Positions 36,051-48,820 of a stretch of DNA of 64,000 bases are shown in pieces (within the stretch, counting starts at the first letter, position 1; each line of letters opens with the position of its first letter). The notes under the pieces are model-generated. The model was not told the origin of the DNA and did not search any database. It saw only the letters and a program-made list of their open reading frames with translations. The DNA is from Antedon mediterranea (Eukaryota; Animalia; Echinodermata): positions 9,980,352-10,044,351 of the forward strand of contig NC_092678.1 in NCBI RefSeq assembly GCF_964355755.1. Direction: 5' to 3'. The translations under genes were made by a program, and so were the position numbers.

Positions 36051-39000
36051 CTGAGCACTTTGGTGTTTTTCTGTTAAAAAGTATTTTCGAAAATCACAAA
36101 ATGGTCTAAAACGTCTCCAAATGCGATTTGAAGCTCTTCTGTACACTTTGATGTTTTGTGTGAAAAAGTTTAGTCGAAATGCTCAAAATGGTCTAAAACG
36201 TTTTTAAAACGATATTAAGCTATTTTGTGCTCTTTGATGTTTTTGTGTAACCAAGTTTCATCGAAAATCACAAAATGGTCTAAAACGTCTCCAAATGCGA
36301 TTTGAAGCTTTTCCAAGCACTTTGCTGTTTTTATGTTAACAAGTTTTTTCGAAAATCACAAAATGGTCTAAAACGGTTTCTAATGTGATTTTAAGCACTT
36401 TGATGTTTTTATGTAGCCAAGTTTTTTCGAAAATCACAAAATGGTCAAAAACGTCTCCAAATGCGATTTGAAGCTTTTCTAAGCACTTTGGTTTTTTTAT
36501 GTTAACAAGTTTTTTCGAAAATCACAAAATGGTCTAAAACGTCTTCAAATGCGATTTGAAGATATTCTGAGCACTTTGGTGTTTTTCTGTTAAAAAGTAT
36601 TTTCGAAAATCACAAAATGGCCTAAAACGTCTCCAAATGCGATTTGAAGCTATTCTGTACACTTTGATGTTTTGTGTGAAAAAGTTTTGTCAAAATGCTC
36701 AAAATGGTCTAAAACGTTTTTAAAACGATATTAAGCTATTTTGTGCTCTTTGATGTGTTTGTATAACCAAGTTTTTTCGAAAATCACAAAATGGTCTAAA
36801 ACGTCTCCAAATGCGATTTGAAGCTTTTCCAAGCACTTTGCTGTTTTTATGTTAACAATTTTTTTCGAAAATCATAAAATGGTCTAAAACGTCTCCAAAT
36901 GCGATTTGAAGCTATTCTGTACACTTTGATGTTTTGTGTGAAAAGTTTTGTCGAAATGCTCAAAATGGTCTAAAACGTTTTTAAAACGATATTAAGCTAT
37001 TTTGTGCTCTTTGATGTTTTTGTGTAACCAAGTTTCATCGAAATGAGCAAAATGGTCTAAAACGTCTCCAAATGCGATTTGAAGCTTTTCTAAGCACTTT
37101 GGTGTTTTTATGTTAACAAGTTTTTTCGAAAATCACAAAATGGTCTAAAACGTCTCCAAATGCGATTTGAAGATATTCTGAGCACTTTGCTGTTTTTATG
37201 TTAACAAGTTTTTTCGAAAATCACAAAATGGTCTAAAACGTCTCAAAATGCTATTTGAAGGTATTCTGAGCACTTTGGTGTTTTTGTGTGAAAAGTTTTA
37301 ACGAAATGCTCAAAATGGTCTAAAACGGTTCTAATGTGATTTTAAGCACTTTGATGTTTTTGTATAACCAAGTTTCATCGAAATGCTCAAAATGGTCTAA
37401 AACGTTTTTAAAACGATATTAAGCTATTTTGTGCTCTTTGATGTTTTTGTGTAACCAAGTTTTATCGAAATGAACAAAATGGTCTAAAACGTCTCCAAAT
37501 GCGATTTGAAGCTTTTCTAAGCACTTTGCTGTTTTTATGTTAACAAGTTTTTTCGAAAATCACAAAATGGTCTAAAACGTCTCCAAATGCGATTTGAAGC
37601 TTTTCCAAGCACTTTGCTGTTTTTATGTTAACAAGTTTTTTCGAAAATCACAAAATGGTCTAAAACGTCTCCAAATGCGATTTGAAGATATTCTGAGCAC
37701 TTTGCTGTTTTTATGTTAACAAGTTTTTTCGAAAATCACAAAATGGTCTAAAACGTCTCAAAATGCTATTTGAAGGTATTCTGAGCACTTTGGTGTTTTT
37801 GTGTGAAAAGTTTTAACGAAATGCTCAAAATGGTCTAAAACGGTTCTAATGTGATTTTAAGCACTTTGATGTTTTTGTATAACCAAGTTTCATCGAAATG
37901 CTCAAAATGGTCTAAAACGTTTTTAAAACGATATTAAGCTATTTTGTGCTCTTTGATGTTTTTGTGTAACCAAGTTTTATCGAAATGAACAAAATGGTCT
38001 AAAACGTCTCCAAATGCGATTTGAAGCTTTTCTAAGCACTTTGCTGTTTTTATGTTAACAAGTTTTTTCGAAAATCACAAAATGGTCTAAAACGTCTCCA
38101 AATGGGATTTGAAGCTTTTCTAAGCACTTTGGTGTTTTTATGTTAACAAGTTTTTTCGAAAAACACAAAATGGTCTAAAACGTCTCCAAATGCGATTTGA
38201 AGATATTCTGAGCACTTTGGTGTTTTTATGTTAAAAAGTATTTTCGAAAATCACAAAATGGTCTAAAACGTCTCCAAATGCGATTTGAAGCTCTTCTGTA
38301 CACTTTGATGTTTTGTGTGAAAAAGTTTAGTCGAAATGCTCAAAATGGTCTAAAACGTTTTTAAAACGATATTAAGCTATTTTGTGCTCTTTGATGTTTT
38401 TGTGTAACCAAGTTTCATCGAAAATCACAAAATGGTCTAAAACGTCTCCAAATGCGATTTGAAGCTTTTCCAAGCACTTTGCTGTTTTTATGTTAACAAG
38501 TTTTTTCGAAAATCACAAAATGGTCTAAAACGTCTCAAAATGCGATTTGAAGGTATTCTGAGCACTTTGGTGTTTTTGTGTGAAAAGTTTTAACGAAATG
38601 CTCAAAATTGTCTAAAACGGTTTCTAATGTGATTTTAAGCACTTTGATGTTTTTGTAAAACCAAGTTTCATCGAAATGAACAAAATGGTCTAAAATGTCT
38701 CCAAATGCGATTTGAAGCTTTTCCAAGCACTTTGCTGTTTTTATGTTAACAAGCTTTTTCGAAAATCACAAAATGGTCTAAAACGTCTCCAAATGCGATT
38801 TGAAGATATTCTGAGCACTTTGGTGTTTTTATGTTAAAAAGTTTTTTCGAAAATCACAAAATGGTCTAAAACGTCTCCAAATGCGATTTGAAGATATTCT
38901 AAGCACTTTGGTGTTTTTATGTTAACAAGTTTTTTCGAAAATCACAAAATGGTCTAAAACGTCTCCAAATGCGATTTGAAGATATTCTAAGCACTTTGGT

Positions 39001-42000
39001 GTTTTTATGTTAACAAGTTTTTTCGAAAATCACAAAATGGTCTAAAACGTCTCCAAATGCGATTTGAAGATATTCTGAGCACTTTGGTGTTTTTCTGTTA
39101 AAAAGTATTTTCGAAAATCACAAAATGGTCTAAAACGTCTCCAAATGCGATTTGAAGATCTTCTGTACACTTTGATGTTTTGTGTGAAAAAGTTTAGTCG
39201 AAATGCTCAAAATGGTCTAAAACGTTTTTAAAACGATATTAAGCTATTTTGTGCTCTTTGATCTTTTCCAAGCACTTTGCTGTTTTTATGTTAACAAGTT
39301 TTTTCGAAAATCACAAAATGGCCTAAAACGTCTCAAAATGCGATTTCAAGGTATTCTGAGCACTTTGGTGTTTTTGTGTGAAAGGTTTTAACGAAATGCT
39401 CAAAATGGTCTAAAACGGTTTCTAATGTGATTTAAAGCACTTTGATGTTTTTGTATAACCAAGTTTCATCGAAATGCACAAAATGGTCTAAAACGTCTCC
39501 AAATGCGATTTGAAGCTTTTCTAAGCACTTTGCTGTTTTTATGTTAACAAGTTTTTTCGAAAATCACAAAATGGTCTAAAACGTCTCCAAATGCGATTTG
39601 AAGATATTCTGAGCACTTTGGTGTTTTTATGTTAAAAAGTTTTTTCGAAAATCACAAAATGGTCTAAAACGTCTCCAAATGCGATTTGAAGATATTCTGA
39701 GCACTTTGGTGTTTTTATGTTAACAAGTTTTTTCGAAAATCACAAAATGGTCTAAAACGTCTCCAAATGCGATTTGAAGCTATTCTGTACACTTTGATGT
39801 TTTGTGTGAAAAAGTTTTGTCGAAATGCTCAAAATGGTCTAAAACGTTTTTAAAACGATATTAAGCTATTTTGTGCTCTTTGATGTTTTTCTGTAACCAA
39901 GTTTTATCGAAATGAACAAAATGGTCTAAAACGTCTCCAAATGCGATTTGAAGCTTTTCCAAGCACTTTGCTGTTTTTATGTTAACAAGTTTTTTCGAAA
40001 ATCACAAAATGGTCTAAAACGTCTCAAAATGCGATTTGAAGGTATTCTGAGCACTTTGGTGTTTTTGTGTGAAAAGTTTTAACGAAATGCTCAAAATGGT
40101 CTAAAACGGTTTCTAATGTGATTTTAACCACTTTGATGTTTTTGTGTAACCAAGTTTTTTCGAAAATCACAAAATGGTCTAAAACGTCTCCAAATGCGAT
40201 TTGAAGCTTTTCTAAGCACTTTGGTGTTTTTATGTTAACAAGTTTTTTCGAAAATCACAAAATGGTCTAAAACGTCTCCAAATGCGATTTGAAGCTATTC
40301 TGTACACTTTGATGTTTTGTGTGAAAAAAGTTTTGTCGAAATGCTCAAAATGGTCTAAAACGTTTTTAAAACGATATTAAGCTATTTTGTGCTCTTTGAT
40401 GTTTTTGTGTAACCAAGTTTTATCGAAATGAACAAAATGTTCTAAAACGTCTCCAAATGCGATTTGAAGCTTTTCCAAGCACTTTGCTGTTTTTATGTTA
40501 AGTTTTTTCGAAAATCACAAATTGGTCTAAAACGTCTCTAAATGCGAGTTGAAGGTATTCTGAGCACTTTGGTGTTTTTGTGTGAAAAGTTTTAACGAAA
40601 TGCTCAAAATTGTCTAAAACGGTTTCTAATGTGATTTTAAGCACTTTGATGTTTTTGTAAAACCAAGTTTCATCGAAATGCACAAAATGGTCTAAAACGT
40701 CTCCAAATGCGATTTGAAGCTTTTCCAAGCACTTTGCTGTTTTTATGTTAACAAGCTTTTTCGAAAATCACAAAATGGTCTAAAACGTCTCCAAATGCGA
40801 TTTGAAGATATTCTGAGCACTTTGGTGTTTTTATGTTAAAAAGTTTTTTCGAAAATCACAAAATGGTCTAAAACGTCTCCAAATGCGATTTGAAGCTCTT
40901 CTGTACACTTTGATGTTTTGTGTGAATAAGTTTTGTCAAAATGCTCAAAATGGTCTAAAACGTTTTTAAAACGATATTAAGCTATTTTGTGCTCTTTGAT
41001 GTTTTTGTATAACCAAGTTTTTTCGAAAATCACAAAATTGTCTAAAACGTCTCCAAATGCGATTTGAAGATATTCTGAGCACTTTGGTGTTTTTATGTTA
41101 AAAAGTTTTTTCGAAAATCACAAAATGGTCTAAAACGTCTCCAAATGCGATTTGAAAATATTCTGAGCACTTTGGTGTTTTGTGTGAAAAGTTTTGTCGA
41201 AATGCTCAAAATGGTCTAAAACGTTTTTAAAACGATATTAAGCTATTTTGTGCTCTTTGATGTTTTTGTGTAACCAAGTTTCATCGAAATGAACAAAATG
41301 GTCTAAAACGTCTCCAAATGCGATTTGAAGCTTTTCTAAGCACTTTGGTGTTTTTATGTTAACAAGTTTTTTCGAAAATCACAAAATGGTCTAAAACGTC
41401 TCCAAATGCGATTTGAAGATATTCTGAGCACTTTGCTGTTTTTATGTTAACAAGTTTTTTCGAAAATCACAAAATGGTCTAAAACGTCTCAAAATGCTAT
41501 TTGAAGGTATTCTGAGCACTTTGGTGTTTTTGTGTGAAAAGTTTTAACGAAATGCTCAAAATGGTCTAAAACGGTTCTAATGTGATTTTAAGCACTTTGA
41601 TGTTTTTGTATAACCAAGTTTCATCGAAATGCTCAAAATGGTCTAAAACGTTTTTAAAACGATATTAAGCTATTTTGTGCTCTTTGATGTTTTTGTGTAA
41701 CGAAGTTTCATCGAAATGAACAAAATGGTCTAAAACGTCTCCAAATGCGATTTGAAGCTTTTCCAAGCACTTTGCTGTTTTTATGTTAACAAGTTTTTTC
41801 GAAAATCACAAAATGGCCTAAAACGTCTCAAAATGCGATTTCAAGGTATTCTGAGCACTTTGGTGTTTTTGTGTGAAAGGTTTTAACGAAATGCTCAAAA
41901 TGGTCTAAAACGGTTTCTAATGTGATTTTAAGCACTTTGATGTTTTTGTATAACCAAGTTTCATCGAAATGCACAAAATGGTCTAAAACGTCTCCAAATG

Positions 42001-45000
42001 CGATTTGAAGCTTTTCTAAGCACTTTGCTGTTTTTATGTTAAAAAGTTTTTTCGAAAATCACAAAATGGTCTAAAACGTCTCCAAATGCGATTTGAAGAT
42101 ATTCTGAGCACTTTGGTGTTTTTATGTTAAAAAGTTTTTTCGAAAATCACAAAATGGTCTAAAACGTCTCCAAATGCGATTTGAAGATATTCTGAGCACT
42201 TTGGTGTTTTTATGTTAAAAAGTTTTTTCGAAAATCACAAAATGGTCTAAAACGTCTCCAAATGCGATTTGAAGCTATTCTGTACACTTTGATGTTTTGT
42301 GTGAAAAAGTTTTGTCGAAATGCTCAAAATGGTCTAAAACGTTTTTAAAACGATATTAAGCTATTTTGTGCTCTTTGATGTTTTTGTGTAACCAAGTTTT
42401 ATCGAAATGAACAAAATGGTCTAAAACGTCTCCAAATGCGATTTGAAGCTTTTCTAAGCACTTTGCTGTTTTTATGTTAACAAGTTTTTTCGAAAATCAC
42501 AAAATGGTCTAAAACGTCTCCAAATGGGATTTGAAGCTTTTCTAAGCACTTTGGTGTTTTTATGTTAACAAGTTTTTTCGAAAAACACAAAATGGTCTAA
42601 AACGTCTCCAAATGCGATTTGAAGATATTCTGAGCACTTTGGTGTTTTTATGTTAAAAAGTATTTTCGAAAATCACAAAATGGTCTAAAACGTCTCCAAA
42701 TGCGATTTGAAGCTCTTCTGTACACTTTGATGTTTTGTGTGAAAAAGTTTAGTCGAAATGCTCAAAATGGTCTAAAACGTTTTTAAAACGATATTAAGCT
42801 ATTTTGTGCTCTTTGATGTTTTTGTGTAACCAAGTTTCATCGAAAATCACAAAATGGTCTAAAACGTCTCCAAATGCGATTTGAAGCTTTTCCAAGCACT
42901 TTGCTGTTTTTATGTTAACAAGTTTTTTCGAAAATCACAAAATGGTCTAAAACGTCTCAAAATGCGATTTGAAGGTATTCTGAGCACTTTGGTGTTTTTG
43001 TGTGAAAAGTTTTAACGAAATGCTCAAAATTGTCTAAAACGGTTTCTAATGTGATTTTAAGCACTTTGATGTTTTTGTAAAACCAAGTTTCATCGAAATG
43101 AACAAAATGGTCTAAAATGTCTCCAAATGCGATTTGAAGCTTTTCCAAGCACTTTGCTGTTTTTATGTTAACAAGCTTTTTCGAAAATCACAAAATGGTC
43201 TAAAACGTCTCCAAATGCGATTTGAAGATATTCTGAGCACTTTGGTGTTTTTATGTTAAAAAGTTTTTTCGAAAATCACAAAATGGTCTAAAACGTCTCC
43301 AAATGCGATTTGAAGATATTCTAAGCACTTTGGTGTTTTTATGTTAACAAGTTTTTTCGAAAATCACAAAATGGTCTAAAACGTCTCCAAATGCGATTTG
43401 AAGATATTCTAAGCACTTTGGTGTTTTTATGTTAACAAGTTTTTTCGAAAATCACAAAATGGTCTAAAACGTCTCCAAATGCGATTTGAAGATATTCTGA
43501 GCACTTTGGTGTTTTTCTGTTAAAAAGTATTTTCGAAAATCACAAAATGGTCTAAAACGTCTCCAAATGCGATTTGAAGCTCTTCTGTACACTTTGATGT
43601 TTTGTGTGAAAAAGTTTAGTCGAAATGCTCAAAATGGTCTAAAACGTTTTTAAAACGATATTAAGCTATTTTGTGCTCTTTGATGTTTTTGTGTAACCAA
43701 GTTTCATCGAAAATCACAAAATGGTCTAAAACGTCTCCAAATGCGATTTGAAGCTTTTCCAAGCACTTTGCTGTTTTTATGTTAACAAGTTTTTTCGAAA
43801 ATCACAAAATGGTCTAAAACGTCTCAAAATACGATATTAAGCTGTTTTGTGCACTTTGATGATTTGTGTGAAAAGTTTTAACGAAATGCTCAAAATGGTC
43901 TAAAACGGTTTCTAATGTGATTTTAAGCACTTTGATGTTTTTATGTAGCCAAGTTTTTTCGAAAATCACAAAATGGTCAAAAACGTCTCCAAATGCGATT
44001 TGAAGCTTTTCTAAGCACTTTGGTTTTTTTATGTTAACAAGTTTTTTCGAAAATCACAAAATGGTCTAAAACGTCTTCAAATGCGATTTGAAGATATTCT
44101 GAGCACTTTGGTGTTTTTCTGTTAAAAAGTATTTTCGAAAATCACAAAATGGCCTAAAACGTCTCCAAATGCGATTTGAAGCTATTCTGTACACTTTGAT
44201 GTTTTGTGTGAAAAAGTTTTGTCAAAATGCTCAAAATGGTCTAAAACGTTTTTAAAACGATATTAAGCTATTTTGTGCTCTTTGATGTGTTTGTATAACC
44301 AAGTTTTTTCGAAAATCACAAAATGGTCTAAAACGTCTCCAAATGCGATTTGAAGCTTTTCCAAGCACTTTGCTGTTTTTATGTTAACAATTTTTTTCGA
44401 AAATCATAAAATGGTCTAAAACGTCTCCAAATGCGATTTGAAGCTATTCTGTACACTTTGATGTTTTGTGTGAAAAGTTTTGTCGAAATGCTCAAAATGG
44501 TCTAAAACGTTTTTAAAACGATATTAAGCTATTTTGTGCTCTTTGATGTTTTTGTGTAACCAAGTTTCATCGAAATGAGCAAAATGGTCTAAAACGTCTC
44601 CAAATGCGATTTGAAGCTTTTCTAAGCACTTTGGTGTTTTTATGTTAACAAGTTTTTTCGAAAATCACAAAATGGTCTAAAACGTCTCCAAATGCGATTT
44701 GAAGATATTCTGAGCACTTTGCTGTTTTTATGTTAACAAGTTTTTTCGAAAATCACAAAATGGTCTAAAACGTCTCAAAATGCTATTTGAAGGTATTCTG
44801 AGCACTTTGGTGTTTTTGTGTGAAAAGTTTTAACGAAATGCTCAAAATGGTCTAAAACGGTTCTAATGTGATTTTAAGCACTTTGATGTTTTTGTATAAC
44901 CAAGTTTCATCGAAATGCTCAAAATGGTCTAAAACGTTTTTAAAACGATATTAAGCTATTTTGTGCTCTTTGATGTTTTTGTGTAACCAAGTTTTATCGA

Positions 45001-48000
45001 AATGAACAAAATGGTCTAAAACGTCTCCAAATGCGATTTGAAGCTTTTCTAAGCACTTTGCTGTTTTTATGTTAACAAGTTTTTTCGAAAATCACAAAAT
45101 GGTCTAAAACGTCTCCAAATGCGATTTGAAGCTTTTCCAAGCACTTTGCTGTTTTTATGTTAACAAGTTTTTTCGAAAATCACAAAATGGTCTAAAACGT
45201 CTCCAAATGCGATTTGAAGATATTCTGAGCACTTTGCTGTTTTTATGTTAACAAGTTTTTTCGAAAATCACAAAATGGTCTAAAACGTCTCAAAATGCTA
45301 TTTGAAGGTATTCTGAGCACTTTGGTGTTTTTGTGTGAAAAGTTTTAACGAAATGCTCAAAATGGTCTAAAACGGTTCTAATGTGATTTTAAGCACTTTG
45401 ATGTTTTTGTATAACCAAGTTTCATCGAAATGCTCAAAATGGTCTAAAACGTTTTTAAAACGATATTAAGCTATTTTGTGCTCTTTGATGTTTTTGTGTA
45501 ACCAAGTTTTATCGAAATGAACAAAATGGTCTAAAACGTCTCCAAATGCGATTTGAAGCTTTTCTAAGCACTTTGGTGTTTTTATGTTAACAAGTTTTTT
45601 CGAAAAACACAAAATGGTCTAAAACGTCTCCAAATGCGATTTGAAGATATTCTGAGCACTTTGGTGTTTTTATGTTAAAAAGTATTTTCGAAAATCACAA
45701 AATGGTCTAAAACGTCTCCAAATGCGATTTGAAGCTCTTCTGTACACTTTGATGTTTTGTGTGAAAAAGTTTAGTCGAAATGCTCAAAATGGTCTAAAAC
45801 GTTTTTAAAACGATATTAAGCTATTTTGTGCTCTTTGATGTTTTTGTGTAACCAAGTTTCATCGAAAATCACAAAATGGTCTAAAACGTCTCCAAATGCG
45901 ATTTGAAGCTTTTCCAAGCACTTTGCTGTTTTTATGTTAACAAGTTTTTTCGAAAATCACAAAATGGTCTAAAACGTCTCAAAATGCGATTTGAAGGTAT
46001 TCTGAGCACTTTGGTGTTTTTGTGTGAAAAGTTTTAACGAAATGCTCAAAATTGTCTAAAACGGTTTCTAATGTGATTTTAAGCACTTTGATGTTTTTGT
46101 AAAACCAAGTTTCATCGAAATGAACAAAATGGTCTAAAATGTCTCCAAATGCGATTTGAAGCTTTTCCAAGCACTTTGCTGTTTTTATGTTAACAAGCTT
46201 TTTCGAAAATCACAAAATGGTCTAAAACGTCTCCAAATGCGATTTGAAGATATTCTGAGCACTTTGGTGTTTTTATGTTAAAAAGTTTTTTCGAAAATCA
46301 CAAAATGGTCTAAAACGTCTCCAAATGCGATTTGAAGATATTCTAAGCACTTTGGTGTTTTTATGTTAACAAGTTTTTTCGAAAATCACAAAATGGTCTA
46401 AAACGTCTCCAAATGCGATTTGAAGATATTCTAAGCACTTTGGTGTTTTTATGTTAACAAGTTTTTTCGAAAATCACAAAATGGTCTAAAACGTCTCCAA
46501 ATGCGATTTGAAGATATTCTGAGCACTTTGGTGTTTTTCTGTTAAAAAGTATTTTCGAAAATCACAAAATGGTCTAAAACGTCTCCAAATGCGATTTGAA
46601 GATCTTCTGTACACTTTGATGTTTTGTGTGAAAAAGTTTAGTCGAAATGCTCAAAATGGTCTAAAACGTTTTTAAAACGATATTAAGCTATTTTGTGCTC
46701 TTTGATGTTTTTGTGTAACCAAGTTTCATCGAAAATCACAAAATGGTCTAAAACGTCTCCAAATGCGATTTGAAGCTTTTCCAAGCACTTTGCTGTTTTT
46801 ATGTTAACAAGTTTTTTCGAAAATCACAAAATGGTCTAAAACGTCTCAAAATACGATATTAAGCTGTTTTGTGCACTTTGATGATTTGTGTGAAAAGTTT
46901 TAACGAAATGCTCAAAATGGTCTAAAACGGTTTCTAATGTGATTTTAAGCACTTTGATGTTTTTATGTAGCCAAGTTTTTTCGAAAATCACAAAATGGTC
47001 AAAAACGTCTCCAAATGCGATTTGAAGCTTTTCTAAGCACTTTGGTTTTTTTATGTTAACAAGTTTTTTCGAAAATCACAAAATGGTCTAAAACGTCTTC
47101 AAATGCGATTTGAAGATATTCTGAGCACTTTGGTGTTTTTCTGTTAAAAAGTATTTTCGAAAATCACAAAATGGCCTAAAACGTCTCCAAATGCGATTTG
47201 AAGCTATTCTGTACACTTTGATGTTTTGTGTGAAAAAGTTTTGTCAAAATGCTCAAAATGGTCTAAAACGTTTTTAAAACGATATTAAGCTATTTTGTGC
47301 TCTTTGATGTGTTTGTATAACCAAGTTTTTTCGAAAATCACAAAATGGTCTAAAACGTCTCCAAATGCGATTTGAAGCTTTTCCAAGCACTTTGCTGTTT
47401 TTATGTTAACAATTTTTTTCGAAAATCATAAAATGGTCTAAAACGTCTCCAAATGCGATTTGAAGCTATTCTGTACACTTTGATGTTTTGTGTGAAAAGT
47501 TTTGTCGAAATGCTCAAAATGGTCTAAAACGTTTTTAAAACGATATTAAGCTATTTTGTGCTCTTTGATGTTTTTGTGTAACCAAGTTTCATCGAAATGA
47601 GCAAAATGGTCTAAAACGTCTCCAAATGCGATTTGAAGCTTTTCTAAGCACTTTGGTGTTTTTATGTTAACAAGTTTTTTCGAAAATCACAAAATGGTCT
47701 AAAACGTCTCCAAATGCGATTTGAAGATATTCTGAGCACTTTGCTGTTTTTATGTTAACAAGTTTTTTCGAAAATCACAAAATGGTCTAAAACGTCTCAA
47801 AATGCTATTTGAAGGTATTCTGAGCACTTTGGTGTTTTTGTGTGAAAAGTTTTAACGAAATGCTCAAAATGGTCTAAAACGGTTCTAATGTGATTTTAAG
47901 CACTTTGATGTTTTTGTATAACCAAGTTTCATCGAAATGCTCAAAATGGTCTAAAACGTTTTTAAAACGATATTAAGCTATTTTGTGCTCTTTGATGTTT

Positions 48001-48820
48001 TTGTGTAACGAAGTTTCATCGAAATGAACAAAATGGTCTAAAACGTCTCCAAATGCGATTTGAAGCTTTTCCAAGCACTTTGCTGTTTTTATGTTAACAA
48101 GTTTTTTCGAAAATCACAAAATGGCCTAAAACGTCTCAAAATGCGATTTCAAGGTATTCTGAGCACTTTGGTGTTTTTGTGTGAAAGGTTTTAACGAAAT
48201 GCTCAAAATGGTCTAAAACGGTTTCTAATGTGATTTAAAGCACTTTGATGTTTTTGTATAACCAAGTTTCATCGAAATGCACAAAATGGTCTAAAACGTC
48301 TCCAAATGCGATTTGAAGCTTTTCTAAGCACTTTGCTGTTTTTATGTTAACAAGTTTTTTCGAAAATCACAAAATGGTCTAAAACGTCTCCAAATGCGAT
48401 TTGAAGATATTCTGAGCACTTTGGTGTTTTTATGTTAAAAAGTTTTTTCGAAAATCACAAAATGGTCTAAAACGTCTCCAAATGCGATTTGAAGATATTC
48501 TGAGCACTTTGGTGTTTTTATGTTAACAAGTTTTTTCGAAAATCACAAAATGGTCTAAAACGTCTCCAAATGCGATTTGAAGCTATTCTGTACACTTTGA
48601 TGTTTTGTGTGAAAAAGTTTTGTCGAAATGCTCAAAATGGTCTAAAACGTTTTTAAAACGATATTAAGCTATTTTGTGCTCTTTGATGTTTTTCTGTAAC
48701 CAAGTTTTATCGAAATGAACAAAATGGTCTAAAACGTCTCCAAATGCGATTTGAAGCTTTTCCAAGCACTTTGCTGTTTTTATGTTAACAAGTTTTTTCG
48801 AAAATCACAAAATGGTCTAA
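32570..48820. repeat. Multi-kb tandem duplication: unit 1 ~32570-40015 (7446 bp), unit 2 ~40016-48820
   Basis: ORF offsets 33052/40498 and 35511/42957 = 7446; 38535/45979 = 7444; shared rare variants (AAATGTTCTAA, GCGAGTTG, GTGAATAAG, AATGGGATT, GAAGATCTTC). Boundaries approximate. Confidence 0.85.
43812..43897 (+). repeat. Example minor class G monomer (86 bp): ATACGATATTAAGCTGTTTTGTGCACTTTGATGATTTGTGTG
   Basis: 86-bp spacing; F-like middle with B-like tail; followed by C. Also near 3400, 9700, 10700, 21630, 26430, 46850, 50820, 60160. Confidence 0.85.
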
